The notes below the pieces were generated by a model, which ran no database searches, was not told the origin of the DNA, and saw nothing but the letters and a program-made list of their open reading frames with translations. From the IMG/VR virus record IMGVR_UViG_3300021961_000104, positions 1-59,340 of that record: DNA of 59,340 nt; one strand, 5' to 3'. Of the stretch, positions 36,201-45,534 are shown one piece after another; position 1 is the first letter of the stretch; each line of letters begins with the position of its first letter. Made by a program: the position numbers and the translations under genes. Source of the stretch: a virus. Its lineage: Duplodnaviria; Caudoviricetes.

Positions 36201-37439
36201 ATATTTAAAATAATTCATATCCGCAGCATATTCATCTTCAAAAGTCACAGAAGATATAGGTACTGTCTGTAAAACCTTTATAGCTATAGCATCAGATTCT
36301 TTATATAATATATCAACTTCTTGTATTTTATAATCAGATAAAGGATTATTAGATGGAAATGGTATGTATAATTCTATATTATTAGCTTTATTCTCCATCC
36401 AAGACAATATAGTACTCTTGTAAGCATCCACTTCGTTTTTACCTCTATCACCGATTTCTCCAGCAACATACGCTTCTCCTAAGAAAAATCCATCTTGTTT
36501 AGGTATAAACATTACTTGAGTAAATGGAGCTATTAACGAATACTCATTGTCAGCATATTTAAATCTATAACTAAATCTTACAAATTTATCTTCTAAAAAA
36601 TCAGGATCTCCTTTCCAACTAGGATTACTAGATTCATCAGACATTGTAGTTCTTGAAAACTTTATAGTGTCATTAATTAATATTGTAGTACTAGAGTCTT
36701 GATCTACAGTGATAACTGTATTCGTTAAATCTGATTTATCAACATTAATAACAATACCTAAGAATTGTGGGTCTAAAATATTATCAATTTCAGTGGATTC
36801 GTCTACAGCATAATCTCCAACTGCTATAGTATTGTCTATACCAGATATTGTAAACGTAGTAGCGTCAAGACCCAGGAAAATTACTATTCTATTTTCTTCA
36901 ACAACAGCTGAGATGGGCAAATATGGTGAGAATTTAGCAACAGAAATGTGCTCTTCTTTTGTGTAGTAACCAGGAGAACTTAATGCTGTATTAACATTTA
37001 TAACTCTAGGTTGGTTTCTATTGTCTGTAAAAAACAATAAATTTTCCAGCATACTTATACCGTATACCGGTGACAGGGTAGAAAAATTTAAAAAACTTCC
37101 AGACACTAAAGTGTTAAAACTTGTTGACCCGGGTATATATCTATATATTGCACAACTAGCGCTAATTGGCGCTATTGTAGAACCAGAATAATCAGTTGTA
37201 AAAATATACATACAATTATTAGATTCGTCCATGAATAAACCAATAGCAGTATGCCCTTCAGGAGTAATAGTTTGTATTAACTCATTGCCTTTAATATTCT
37301 CTAAAGCTCCTACATCAGAACCTTCGGATCTATTAATAGATATATTTTGAGCATCTCTATATTCTCCATTTGGAAGAATTCTTTCATCAATATCTTTGTT
37401 CATCCTAGATTGGAGGAACATATTTTTAGATTCTGCCAT
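33204..37439 (-). CDS. Large tail stabilization/structural protein
   Basis: MNKDIDER..PNGEYRDAQN N-terminus, FSYRFKY, NRVVYGNY, YDKFGR. Confidence 0.75.
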   Translation of the reverse strand: MAESKNMFLQSRMNKDIDERILPNGEYRDAQNISINRSEGSDVGALENIKGNELIQTITPEGHTAIGLFMDESNNCMYIFTTDYSGSTIAPISASCAIYRYIPGSTSFNTLVSGSFLNFSTLSPVYGISMLENLLFFTDNRNQPRVINVNTALSSPGYYTKEEHISVAKFSPYLPISAVVEENRIVIFLGLDATTFTISGIDNTIAVGDYAVDESTEIDNILDPQFLGIVINVDKSDLTNTVITVDQDSSTTILINDTIKFSRTTMSDESSNPSWKGDPDFLEDKFVRFSYRFKYADNEYSLIAPFTQVMFIPKQDGFFLGEAYVAGEIGDRGKNEVDAYKSTILSWMENKANNIELYIPFPSNNPLSDYKIQEVDILYKESDAIAIKVLQTVPISSVTFEDEYAADMNYFKYTYQSKKPYKTLPNADTTRVSDKVPVRALAQDVISNRVVYGNYVNRNNAPSSLDYNIFVNSKNPASSNFTAEYPNHSLKQNRNYEVGVVLYDKFGRASSVLLSTIIAGINANEPTSTIYHPYKESGWGGPLNWYGDTLQIRFNSPIQETPTQFYVGTYAQPTNFLLQDVVNTTTITSTFPYEYTITGGDFTAQLSPINGAGLNNYLRGYHVDFTKILSASFNGSDTVITTEEQIANIYNFTGGYGGSTTEAKYVYTINPLGWYSYRIVVKQTEQDYYNAYLPGFLNGNPSYATPITPEEIDEIANVVLIGDNINKIPRDLTEVGPDQQQYRSSNTRLYVRVENTAEHDDNSAAAPLTIQYYPGRNNFIATTIGSEQELYNNNPGTTYTSFPGFYQNQSNPLLARISTNTSLGIGMPAYEEGGENLPRLSILETEPVTSLLDIYWETSTGGLISDLNELIKQDNVGISGLSPNPTDASNFVENIEYSAPGGVAIADPFNLLDGEGNPIASGTTGVIISVVNGIGTDVTPYNFFELELTSSLPDTYALKSISDFVYTSQSSTFDVYDITMRFTLPSGLTQDITVQIPLQNYVCDIGVFPATGSLNSPSIFIPKAQGATDIIPIFQLQDLENGATTALNLNPYRLNGLQLNVYYQKKAYEDPSKPNGIGLDPISSGTFTFSPIQTDGTAYLQVDLAKVDRGQDYLVRYRLSDADNATGFTVDEKEVWLQVTYPTPFINPSLSGTAKFKPTSTPFDNLNEDFGNGTTKWSRHGGLAYEPSLNTWYVCSSSNPSNEGGVQITKTILSGLIGALTNYNTTQFKLGIEIVTPNPSDVNGNENQFDLSTLPLKQDIKWQFFKSNNNLCGSDLGDEIFVTEDANTTRATLTFDESELNLQGSFEITQLIKNIFRETEGNCHGAGLDTFMYEGFQENLKGQVYVQYTLYPDIPEVTDPWDLDGVDLIARNIVRYVVNTMVEDGFANNGLNSPIVDNIFSCDPTQPTTCP

Positions 37440-37445
37440 TTAATT

Positions 37446-38657
37446 TTAGTGTTTAATCCATTTAGATTTACCTCTCATTACTTGAGTAATTTCCTCAATC
37501 TTAATATTAGATAATCTTATTTTAGCGTTTCTTAATTTAGATGATTTTTCTCTTCTAAGTCTCTGAACCAAATACTCAGGTTGATTAGCCCTAGTAGATA
37601 TGATAGCATGTAGTATATGAGCATATAGAGCTTCTTCTGCTAACTTTGGAACCTTAGTGTCAGTGTCATACGCTAAACCATCAGAAATGTACTCTAAAAT
37701 GATTAATTGATTAACCATTCCACCTGCAAAAGACATTTTACCCTCGCGTTCGTTTAAATTAAACCAACCGTTCATTTGAGAGTATTGTGGGTCAGCTCCG
37801 TAGATTTCACCCCAATTAACATAACCTATCCATTCACCGTTGTTGTTATAATTTATATTAAAATCATCAACAACTTGCTGCTGTACGTTATTCTCATGCC
37901 ATCTTTCTTGTGTTATAGAAGTACCTTCTATATCTTCTCCGAAGTTATCTTGAGTTGGAACGCCTTTTGAATCCTGTACTTGTGTGTAGTAAGGACTCAT
38001 AGTTAAATTGTTTGTTGGGTATATAACGTGTTTTACACCAGCGTTATCTATCCAAGATGTTTTAACATAGTTAACATAATCTTGTGGTAACACTAATGTC
38101 AAACTAGGAGGTATAGTTAATTCAGCTGACTTTATGCTTTTTAAAGTATCATAACTAAATTCTTGTAAAGCTCTTTTAGCGTGAAATAGTACATCTGATT
38201 TCTTAACTGTTTGTATTAATTTACCATCTCCAACATATCCAACCATGAAGTTTTCTATAGCGTCATTAAGAGATATATAAGAATAACTACCATAGTTATT
38301 TTCTACAGTTTGACCATAAGCTTTTTCAGCGTCTGTATTACCATATTGACCACCGTCTAGCACTTTTAACTGTACAACAATGTACATACCGTTAGCTGGA
38401 GCAAGTCCAGATGGAAATACTATTGAATTGTTATTAACGCTAAAACTAGATGTATATTCTAACCAATCACCAGGAATACCAGTGCTACTTAAGTATAATT
38501 TAAAATTATTTAAAGCGTAATTTACATTATTAGGATCCCAACTTCCAAATACTAAACTAGTGTCAAACGTTGTTTTAAATGACAAAGTAGAACCATCTCC
38601 TCTAAAACCTTGAGTTCCTTGGTAATATTGCTGATTAGTTTCTGTTATTAAACTCAT
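37446..38657 (-). CDS. Tail tubular/ring protein
   Basis: LPQDYVNY motif, position in head-tail module. Confidence 0.65.
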   Translation of the reverse strand: MSLITETNQQYYQGTQGFRGDGSTLSFKTTFDTSLVFGSWDPNNVNYALNNFKLYLSSTGIPGDWLEYTSSFSVNNNSIVFPSGLAPANGMYIVVQLKVLDGGQYGNTDAEKAYGQTVENNYGSYSYISLNDAIENFMVGYVGDGKLIQTVKKSDVLFHAKRALQEFSYDTLKSIKSAELTIPPSLTLVLPQDYVNYVKTSWIDNAGVKHVIYPTNNLTMSPYYTQVQDSKGVPTQDNFGEDIEGTSITQERWHENNVQQQVVDDFNINYNNNGEWIGYVNWGEIYGADPQYSQMNGWFNLNEREGKMSFAGGMVNQLIILEYISDGLAYDTDTKVPKLAEEALYAHILHAIISTRANQPEYLVQRLRREKSSKLRNAKIRLSNIKIEEITQVMRGKSKWIKH

Positions 38658-38660
38658 TTG

Positions 38661-39431
38661 TTATGATTTTTCGTTTATTTTTGTCATTTGAGCTTCTTGT
38701 TCTGCGGCTTGTATAATAGTAGGATCACTTATAATAATACCGCAATATTTTAATATCTGTATAATTAGATTTGTTTGTTCTTCTTGAATTAATTCAAAGT
38801 CAATAGATGTGTTTGTGTCATATAAATATTGACCTTGAGAACCAACAATATAACCCCAGAATGGATTAGAAGGTTTAATAATTCCATTAACAAAAATACT
38901 ATTAGGTGTTGGTGTTATGTCTATGTATGGTGTGGTTAAATTATTTAAACCGGTGGCAGATGTTATTGAGTATAAAGGATAGTTATTTGATGGAGCTGTT
39001 AATCTAGATTTTGATATCGTCTTTAGTTCTTTGAAAGAAACTCTTTGAGCCTCTATATCTGTTAAAGTAGCGCCACCAGTTGAAGATATATAATCACAAT
39101 ATACACTTCCAACTTTATAAATAGCTCTATCTCCAACTCCTAAAGTTTGATTCCATTTATTACCAGTAACAGTCCAAACGCCTTCGTTAGTAATAAAAGG
39201 TATTAGTTTGTTTTCTAAGTTATAAAATGAATTAAAAAACTCAGTATCGTTTTGAGAATTTTGTTGATTTTTACGATTAAACTGATCTCCATCGGCAAAG
39301 TAAGATTCGAATATTTCAAGTTGAACTTGAGTCGCAATTTTATTAAACTCGTTTGGAGTTATATAACCTCTTTGCTCTTTATTTAAAATAAGTAAAACCG
39401 TCTTATATACTTCGTTTACGTTTACCGCCAT
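38661..39431 (-). CDS. Head-tail adaptor/ring protein
   Basis: NKEQRGYITPNEFN; position downstream of capsid module. Confidence 0.6.
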   Translation of the reverse strand: MAVNVNEVYKTVLLILNKEQRGYITPNEFNKIATQVQLEIFESYFADGDQFNRKNQQNSQNDTEFFNSFYNLENKLIPFITNEGVWTVTGNKWNQTLGVGDRAIYKVGSVYCDYISSTGGATLTDIEAQRVSFKELKTISKSRLTAPSNNYPLYSITSATGLNNLTTPYIDITPTPNSIFVNGIIKPSNPFWGYIVGSQGQYLYDTNTSIDFELIQEEQTNLIIQILKYCGIIISDPTIIQAAEQEAQMTKINEKS

Positions 39432-39451
39432 TGTGTTATTTTATTTATACT

Positions 39452-39474
39452 AAAAAGGCGGCCGAAACCGCCTT
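39452..39474 (-). terminator. Rho-independent terminator
   Basis: Minus strand AAGGCGG-TTTCGG-CCGCC-TTTTT. Confidence 0.75.
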
Positions 39475-39493
39475 ATAATAGTATTACTTGTTT

Positions 39494-40351
39494 TTATAGT
39501 TTTTTATCTATAGATTTATAGATTTCAACACCTTCGTCTGTTTTCAAAAACGCTGCAAAAGCAGAGTAAGGATTTTCATCAAAAGGTACGTTCATTAATT
39601 TTCTACCATTAGCTCCCCAGGTAAATGTTCTTTGATCTGGTGATAAAATTATAATTTTAGCTTCTGCAGCTCTAATAGCTATATTTCTAAGTTGAACGTT
39701 ATCATCATTAGCTAAATCTATGAAAAGTTTTGGATTATTTCTAGCAAATAACATTAGATCTCTTTTTAATTCTTTTGAACTCATAGAACTAACTTTAGAA
39801 CCTAATTCAACTCTTAAAATAGCTTCAGCAAAATCAATATCCATTTCTCTAGCTAAATTCAATGCATCGATTTGTAAGTCTAAAATACTTAACTCATCTT
39901 GAGCTACCATAACTGGATTATATTCTGTATAAACTTTTCCTTTAGCTGGATGATATAATGATAATAATTTTTGTAAATTTTGTTTTTCTTTAGGTACAAA
40001 TAAAACTCCATCTTTAAATATAACGTGACCAAGAGTAACTTCTCCTTTTTGATAAGTTTTAAGTGGAGAAGATTGGTTTGTAGCATATCTTATTTCATGC
40101 TGCTCTCCAGTCTCTTCATCAAACCACAGCAACGCGTGTTTTGTAGTGTGTTTGCAATTTATAGTATACGTTAATGGAGATTTTTTTCCTTTTAAAAAAT
40201 ATGTTCTATCTTTAATTTCCCATTCAGGTTTTTTTTCAACTGTCTCTTTTTTCGCTACAGTTGGAATATCTACTGTATTTACATTTACAGTTTGTTCTTG
40301 GTGCGGAACTTCAATAACGTTATCCGCAGTTTTTTTAGCTTTGTTTGCCAT
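39494..40351 (-). CDS. Capsid-associated structural protein (putative)
   Basis: Immediately downstream of major capsid gene. Confidence 0.6.
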   Translation of the reverse strand: MANKAKKTADNVIEVPHQEQTVNVNTVDIPTVAKKETVEKKPEWEIKDRTYFLKGKKSPLTYTINCKHTTKHALLWFDEETGEQHEIRYATNQSSPLKTYQKGEVTLGHVIFKDGVLFVPKEKQNLQKLLSLYHPAKGKVYTEYNPVMVAQDELSILDLQIDALNLAREMDIDFAEAILRVELGSKVSSMSSKELKRDLMLFARNNPKLFIDLANDDNVQLRNIAIRAAEAKIIILSPDQRTFTWGANGRKLMNVPFDENPYSAFAAFLKTDEGVEIYKSIDKKL

Positions 40352-40379
40352 GATATAATAAAATTAAATAGTTATAAAA

Positions 40380-40420
40380 GTAATAATTACCCCCGTCATT
40401 ACAACGAGGGTAAGAATTAC
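40380..40420 (-). terminator. Hairpin/terminator after major capsid gene
   Basis: GTAATAATTACCCCCGT-loop-ACGAGGGTAAGAATTAC followed by TTTT on minus strand. Confidence 0.6.
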
Positions 40421-40431
40421 ATTACTTGTGA

Positions 40432-41907
40432 TTATGCTCCTTGGAATAATACAAAGTTATTAGCACCTTGTACACAAAGACATCTTTCAGAAAGGAAGTT
40501 TACCTCCATAGCGTCTAGATCAGATGTGTAAGCGCCTCCGGCAGAACCAGTCAACCATTGTTTCATTCTACGATCGTCAGCTTGTGAAGCTCTATAACGA
40601 ACATGTAAGAATGGACGACGGATATTTGTTCCTAGGATTTGATCGTAAACAGTTGAAGTTCCAGCTGGTACCAAAACACCTTCGATGCTAGCTGTCAACG
40701 TGTCATAAGCGCCTCGAGTAGAAGCATCGTTCAAATATTTCCAATCTGTCTTATAGAAATCGTAAGAACCTCTACGGAAACCACTAAATCCAAGATTTAA
40801 CGCCATTTCAGCAGAATTCTCAAATACACCATAAGAACTACCACCTTGGTAAAGTCCAGAAGCAGGTCCACCAACACTAGCTAACATATCATCAAAATCC
40901 AAAGAAGTTTGACGATTCAAGAAAAGCATGTTTTCTTCAATAGCTCCTTGAGTGTCTAAGTTTTTCAAGATTTCATCGAAAGCAGCTAGACCAGTAGCAG
41001 CAGTAAAACCAGTGTTTACATTACCACGATCTTTAATAGCAGCAAACAAACCTTGAGTCCCTTTGTAACCAGCTTGATAAGCAGCGTCACCAGAAACACC
41101 AACAGTAGAATCAGCTAACTCACCTTCTACAACAGCCATTTCTAAGTAATCTTCAAAACGTAAACGAGTTTCAGATTCAGCTTTTAAATACCAAAGGTAA
41201 CCAGAAGTACCGTCTTCAGTAGCAACTTCAACCCAACCAATTTGAGCCATATCAGATCCATTAACAACGTACTTGTCTCTAATAATGATTGGTGAATTAG
41301 AATATTGAGTAAAAGAAGGAGTAATACTTCTTCTTCCGGTAGTATCTGCTAAACCAGTAGAATTTATAACGCTAACACCTTTGCTATATTCAGAACCATA
41401 AACAAAGATTTTAAGACCAGTAGCCGCAACGGCAGAAAGATCAGCAGCGCCGTAAGGAGCTACTACAACTGTAGCTAAACTACCAGCTTGACTAGATGCT
41501 GTTACAACTGCTTTAATATCAGTGTTATTTGTATTATCTAAAATAACAATAGTGTCACCTTTAGAAATAACATTTTCAACAAAAGTATTAGCAGTTCCGC
41601 CTACTGTAAAAGTAAGAGTATCTACTAAGTCATTAGAAACCTCATTGTAAGCAATGTGTAGTCTATTTTGTTCAGACCAAATAACTTGATCTGATGTCAT
41701 TGGCATTTCAGCGCCAACCATGCGTAAGAAACCTGATAGAGTACGATTACCGTAACGCTCTACTTCAGCTTCGTAAATTTCTGGCAAATACTGTTGTGCA
41801 AAAGTATCTGTACCATTTACAGGATCGTTAAATTTTAGCCAGTTGCTATCATTTAACTGTTGTTTCTGACTTGGTTTAATAGAACCAAATGAAGGAGTTA
41901 AACTCAT
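40432..41907 (-). CDS. Major capsid protein
   Basis: 491 aa after portal and scaffold, followed by terminator; A/G/T-rich structural composition. Confidence 0.85.
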   Translation of the reverse strand: MSLTPSFGSIKPSQKQQLNDSNWLKFNDPVNGTDTFAQQYLPEIYEAEVERYGNRTLSGFLRMVGAEMPMTSDQVIWSEQNRLHIAYNEVSNDLVDTLTFTVGGTANTFVENVISKGDTIVILDNTNNTDIKAVVTASSQAGSLATVVVAPYGAADLSAVAATGLKIFVYGSEYSKGVSVINSTGLADTTGRRSITPSFTQYSNSPIIIRDKYVVNGSDMAQIGWVEVATEDGTSGYLWYLKAESETRLRFEDYLEMAVVEGELADSTVGVSGDAAYQAGYKGTQGLFAAIKDRGNVNTGFTAATGLAAFDEILKNLDTQGAIEENMLFLNRQTSLDFDDMLASVGGPASGLYQGGSSYGVFENSAEMALNLGFSGFRRGSYDFYKTDWKYLNDASTRGAYDTLTASIEGVLVPAGTSTVYDQILGTNIRRPFLHVRYRASQADDRRMKQWLTGSAGGAYTSDLDAMEVNFLSERCLCVQGANNFVLFQGA

Positions 41908-41922
41908 GATTTTTTAATTTTT

Positions 41923-43116
41923 TTAGTTAAATTTTTTTATTTTAAGTTTTGATGAATCAGCACCAGATATAGCTCTAACCTTAAATCCATTTATAAATAC
42001 ATCACCTTGTTGAGATCTAGCTTTAGTATCACTAAGGTTTTTTGAGTTATTTACAACTTCTTTAACAGCATCAGCTTTACCTTGTTCGTAAAAATGAGAT
42101 GCGATTCTATCGACATTTTCAGCAGCATACATAGCTTTATGATAACCTTTCATATCTTTAACATTGCCTGCTTCATCAAGGAACTTCCCGATAAGGTTGT
42201 TAATGTTTGATTGGTTTTCAGCAACTTTATCACCGTTTTGAATATTATACTTATAACTTTTTTCACCTATTTTAAAATCGAAACCTTCGAAATTTTGAGT
42301 AAAAAGTTTTTTAGTACTTTCTTTAAATTGTGAATGTTGTTGGTCAGCTAACTCCTGCTGTTTATTATATCGGTTGAAAAAGTCCATAGCTTTTTGAGTG
42401 TCCGGGTTTACGTTTGATCTCAACTTGATTTCATCGTAATATTTACTCTTCGTGTCTTCTAAAAAGTTTTTTGCTTTAGCAACCTCTTCTTTAAACGCAA
42501 GTTTTTTCTTGCGAATATCTCTTTCCTCATCTATATCTTCGTCGATAATAAAATCTTCAAGAAGAAGATCTATATCGTCGCTTTCTAAATAAGGTTTATT
42601 TTTTTTGTAATATTCTTTTAATAATGAAACCTCGTTTAAATTAGAATAATCAGTATTTAATCTAACGTAATCTTCTACAGTTCCACCTGTTTCTTCCATA
42701 AAAGAAACTAGTTTTTCAATATTTTCAGGTAATTGTTTACCTAAAATTTTTTCATCTCTTAAAGCCTCTTTAACCTCTGCCTCTACTCTATTTACTTCTT
42801 GTGTAACTTCTTTGATTGGGTTAAATTCTTTATCATCTTCAACGCTCCCTTGGTTTCCTTGTCCCATTTCTTGCAATTCCACTTCGGGTTGTTCTGGGCG
42901 TAACACGCTGCTCTCTGAGCTTGATTCTTGAACGGCATTATCTTCTGCTTTTAATTCTTCTTTAGGTATTACAACTTTTGTAACATCTGGTGGTAACTGA
43001 ACTAAAGGTTCTTTAATATTAACTTTAGTTACTTGTTCTTCTTTTTTTACTAATTGTTTTGGTTTTGGCTTTGATTTTAATTTAAAATCACCCTCTTGTT
43101 TTACTTGTTCTGACAT
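41923..43116 (-). CDS. Capsid scaffolding protein (putative)
   Basis: Acidic low-complexity N-terminus, coiled coils, between portal and MCP. Confidence 0.75.
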   Translation of the reverse strand: MSEQVKQEGDFKLKSKPKPKQLVKKEEQVTKVNIKEPLVQLPPDVTKVVIPKEELKAEDNAVQESSSESSVLRPEQPEVELQEMGQGNQGSVEDDKEFNPIKEVTQEVNRVEAEVKEALRDEKILGKQLPENIEKLVSFMEETGGTVEDYVRLNTDYSNLNEVSLLKEYYKKNKPYLESDDIDLLLEDFIIDEDIDEERDIRKKKLAFKEEVAKAKNFLEDTKSKYYDEIKLRSNVNPDTQKAMDFFNRYNKQQELADQQHSQFKESTKKLFTQNFEGFDFKIGEKSYKYNIQNGDKVAENQSNINNLIGKFLDEAGNVKDMKGYHKAMYAAENVDRIASHFYEQGKADAVKEVVNNSKNLSDTKARSQQGDVFINGFKVRAISGADSSKLKIKKFN

Positions 43117-43146
43117 AATATGATATAATTAAATAATTAATGGTGC

Positions 43147-45534
43147 CTACATGAAGGCTTCTATACCCATATCGGGTTGGTTTTCAAAGTCTATAGGTAA
43201 ACTATCGTTTTGCCTTTGACTTATTAATTCACTTTGCTGTGTAGCTTCCATTTTGCTACGTTTATCTTTACGATCTTCAATAGCATTTTCTTTTTGCTGT
43301 ATATTTTGAACCTCTAATTGCTTAAGTTGCATATCGTATTGAAACTGCAACTCCATCTCTTGACGCTTAATGAGAGAAGCTTGTTCCATTTTCTGTATGT
43401 CCATTTGAGTTTTAGCTTGTTCGAGTTGAACTTTAGAACCAGATATAGCTTGTTGTTTTTGTACTTCAGCCATAGCGGTTCTTTCAGCTGTTTCAGCTTG
43501 TGCAGAAGCTTGCGCTTGAATATTAGCTCTTTGATTTTCTTGATCTTGTTTGTTCTTTTGCTTACGTTTAACTTTAAGCATTTGATTAGCTAGTTTAAGA
43601 TTTTTAATTTGTCTTAAATCTATAGCATCTTCTAAATCAATACCTCCTTGAGCTATAGCGGTTTGAATATTTTGTTCTAACTGAGCCCGTTCTTCTTCAT
43701 CTGGTTCTAGTTCTAAGAATATACCAAAATCATATAGATTAAGATTTATTATTTCCTCGAGAACTTTAACATTATAACTTGAAACAGAATTTCTAAGAGA
43801 TTCAGATGTTAATGGAAAATATAAAGCATCTGCTATTCTAAGAGAAACATTTTCAGCTATTTTCAATGTAATATATTGAGCAGCTTGATTAATATGTCTT
43901 GTAGCAACATTAGATGCGTTAGCTGCCATTTTCTGCAAACCAACTAAAGAGTTTTTATCCATTGCGCTACCATCTCTAGCTTCATTAAGTCCGGTAACGT
44001 CGCGTATCATTTGTAAATAATACTGATAAGTTTGTATTAAACTTTGTATCTTAGCACCTCCACTTGAACTATTTAATTCTTGAATAGGTACTTTACCGTG
44101 ATTCAATTCACCGTCTTGAGTTAAAGATCTACCAACAATAGAACCAGTTTGGAAATACATGTTTAAAGCTTCGGCTGGATTGTAATTAGTTCCATTACCA
44201 AGATCAACTTCTGCTAAACCGTCCATATCTAAATAAACACCATCTGGTACCATCCTAGATAATACTTGTTGTAGTTTTAAATGAGTTAATTGAATCATAT
44301 CAGCAAATCCAATACACTTACTTACAATTGACTCTATTCTACCTTTGTACATTCTAGGTGCACATATAACGTAGTTCATTTTAACTTTAGTAGTATCAGC
44401 AAAAGGTCTAGACATATTTTCTGCTAATCTCCAGTCCAAAAGCATATCAGTACCTAATATCTTAGCGCCAGAATATAAAACCTCAATAGACCTTGACACT
44501 CTTTCAAAGTTATCATTTTCAGGTGGATTAAATGTATCTGGTTTTTCTAAAGCTTTTAGTAAGCCTACTTCAGTTTGTTTTATTTTAAAAACTTGATCGT
44601 GGTAAGTTTTGTATTCAAAATAAAGTACTTGAACAGTGTTTTCGTCATAGTTACCCCAACCGGTTATATACTGTCTATTGCCCGGCATTTTCTGTATTCT
44701 TTCCAAATCTTCATTTGAAATGTCTGGAAATTCTTTTTTTAATTCTGGTATAGTTATAGATTTAACTTCACCAACATAATAAATATCGTCAAAATTAGGA
44801 TCTTCAGTATATGAATAAACCATATAAGCTGGATCTACGTAATCAACAGTTATACCTTCAGCTGTATTGAAATTAGTTTTAGCAGCGCCAATACCAATAG
44901 TGGTAAAGTCCATGTGAAGTCTGCGTCTAACTAAATCGTATTTATTTTGAGCAAGTACAGTTGATATAGTTTCTTCTTGAGCTATTTCTATAGATTGCTT
45001 ATAACTCAATTGCATGTGTAATTCTAACTGTTCAGAATCCTCGGGAACTAAGTTTGGGTCCGGAGATTGATAAAGATCTATACCTAAAGTTTGTTTTAGA
45101 GTTTCTAAATACTCTTTAGCTATCATATCTTCTTGCAACTTACTAGCGTATTCAGTTCTTTTCTTTACAGAATTTGGATCTTGAGAATAAGCTTTAATAT
45201 CGTAGAATTTTTGCGACATACCATTAACTACGATGTCAACAAATTTTGATAGTATTGGTACTGGTTTCCAGTCTAAATTTAAATAAGACAAATCACCATT
45301 TATAGATAATTCATCTTTATATTTTTGAACAGGTTGTTCTCCTCTAGCGTATAATCTTAATTGGTGGAAATTATTCCAATTAGTTAAATATCTATTACCC
45401 CCAGCTCGTCCTTGGTCAAACCACTCGTACTCTATAGCTTGAGCCACTTGACTTCCATATTCCCAACTAGCCTTTTCATCATTACTGACTATCTGACTTG
45501 GAAAAGCGCTGTTACTGTTAGTGTATATATTCAT
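43147..45534 (-). CDS. Portal protein
   Basis: 795 aa after terminase, Q-rich coiled-coil C-terminal barrel. Confidence 0.85.
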   Translation of the reverse strand: MNIYTNSNSAFPSQIVSNDEKASWEYGSQVAQAIEYEWFDQGRAGGNRYLTNWNNFHQLRLYARGEQPVQKYKDELSINGDLSYLNLDWKPVPILSKFVDIVVNGMSQKFYDIKAYSQDPNSVKKRTEYASKLQEDMIAKEYLETLKQTLGIDLYQSPDPNLVPEDSEQLELHMQLSYKQSIEIAQEETISTVLAQNKYDLVRRRLHMDFTTIGIGAAKTNFNTAEGITVDYVDPAYMVYSYTEDPNFDDIYYVGEVKSITIPELKKEFPDISNEDLERIQKMPGNRQYITGWGNYDENTVQVLYFEYKTYHDQVFKIKQTEVGLLKALEKPDTFNPPENDNFERVSRSIEVLYSGAKILGTDMLLDWRLAENMSRPFADTTKVKMNYVICAPRMYKGRIESIVSKCIGFADMIQLTHLKLQQVLSRMVPDGVYLDMDGLAEVDLGNGTNYNPAEALNMYFQTGSIVGRSLTQDGELNHGKVPIQELNSSSGGAKIQSLIQTYQYYLQMIRDVTGLNEARDGSAMDKNSLVGLQKMAANASNVATRHINQAAQYITLKIAENVSLRIADALYFPLTSESLRNSVSSYNVKVLEEIINLNLYDFGIFLELEPDEEERAQLEQNIQTAIAQGGIDLEDAIDLRQIKNLKLANQMLKVKRKQKNKQDQENQRANIQAQASAQAETAERTAMAEVQKQQAISGSKVQLEQAKTQMDIQKMEQASLIKRQEMELQFQYDMQLKQLEVQNIQQKENAIEDRKDKRSKMEATQQSELISQRQNDSLPIDFENQPDMGIEAFM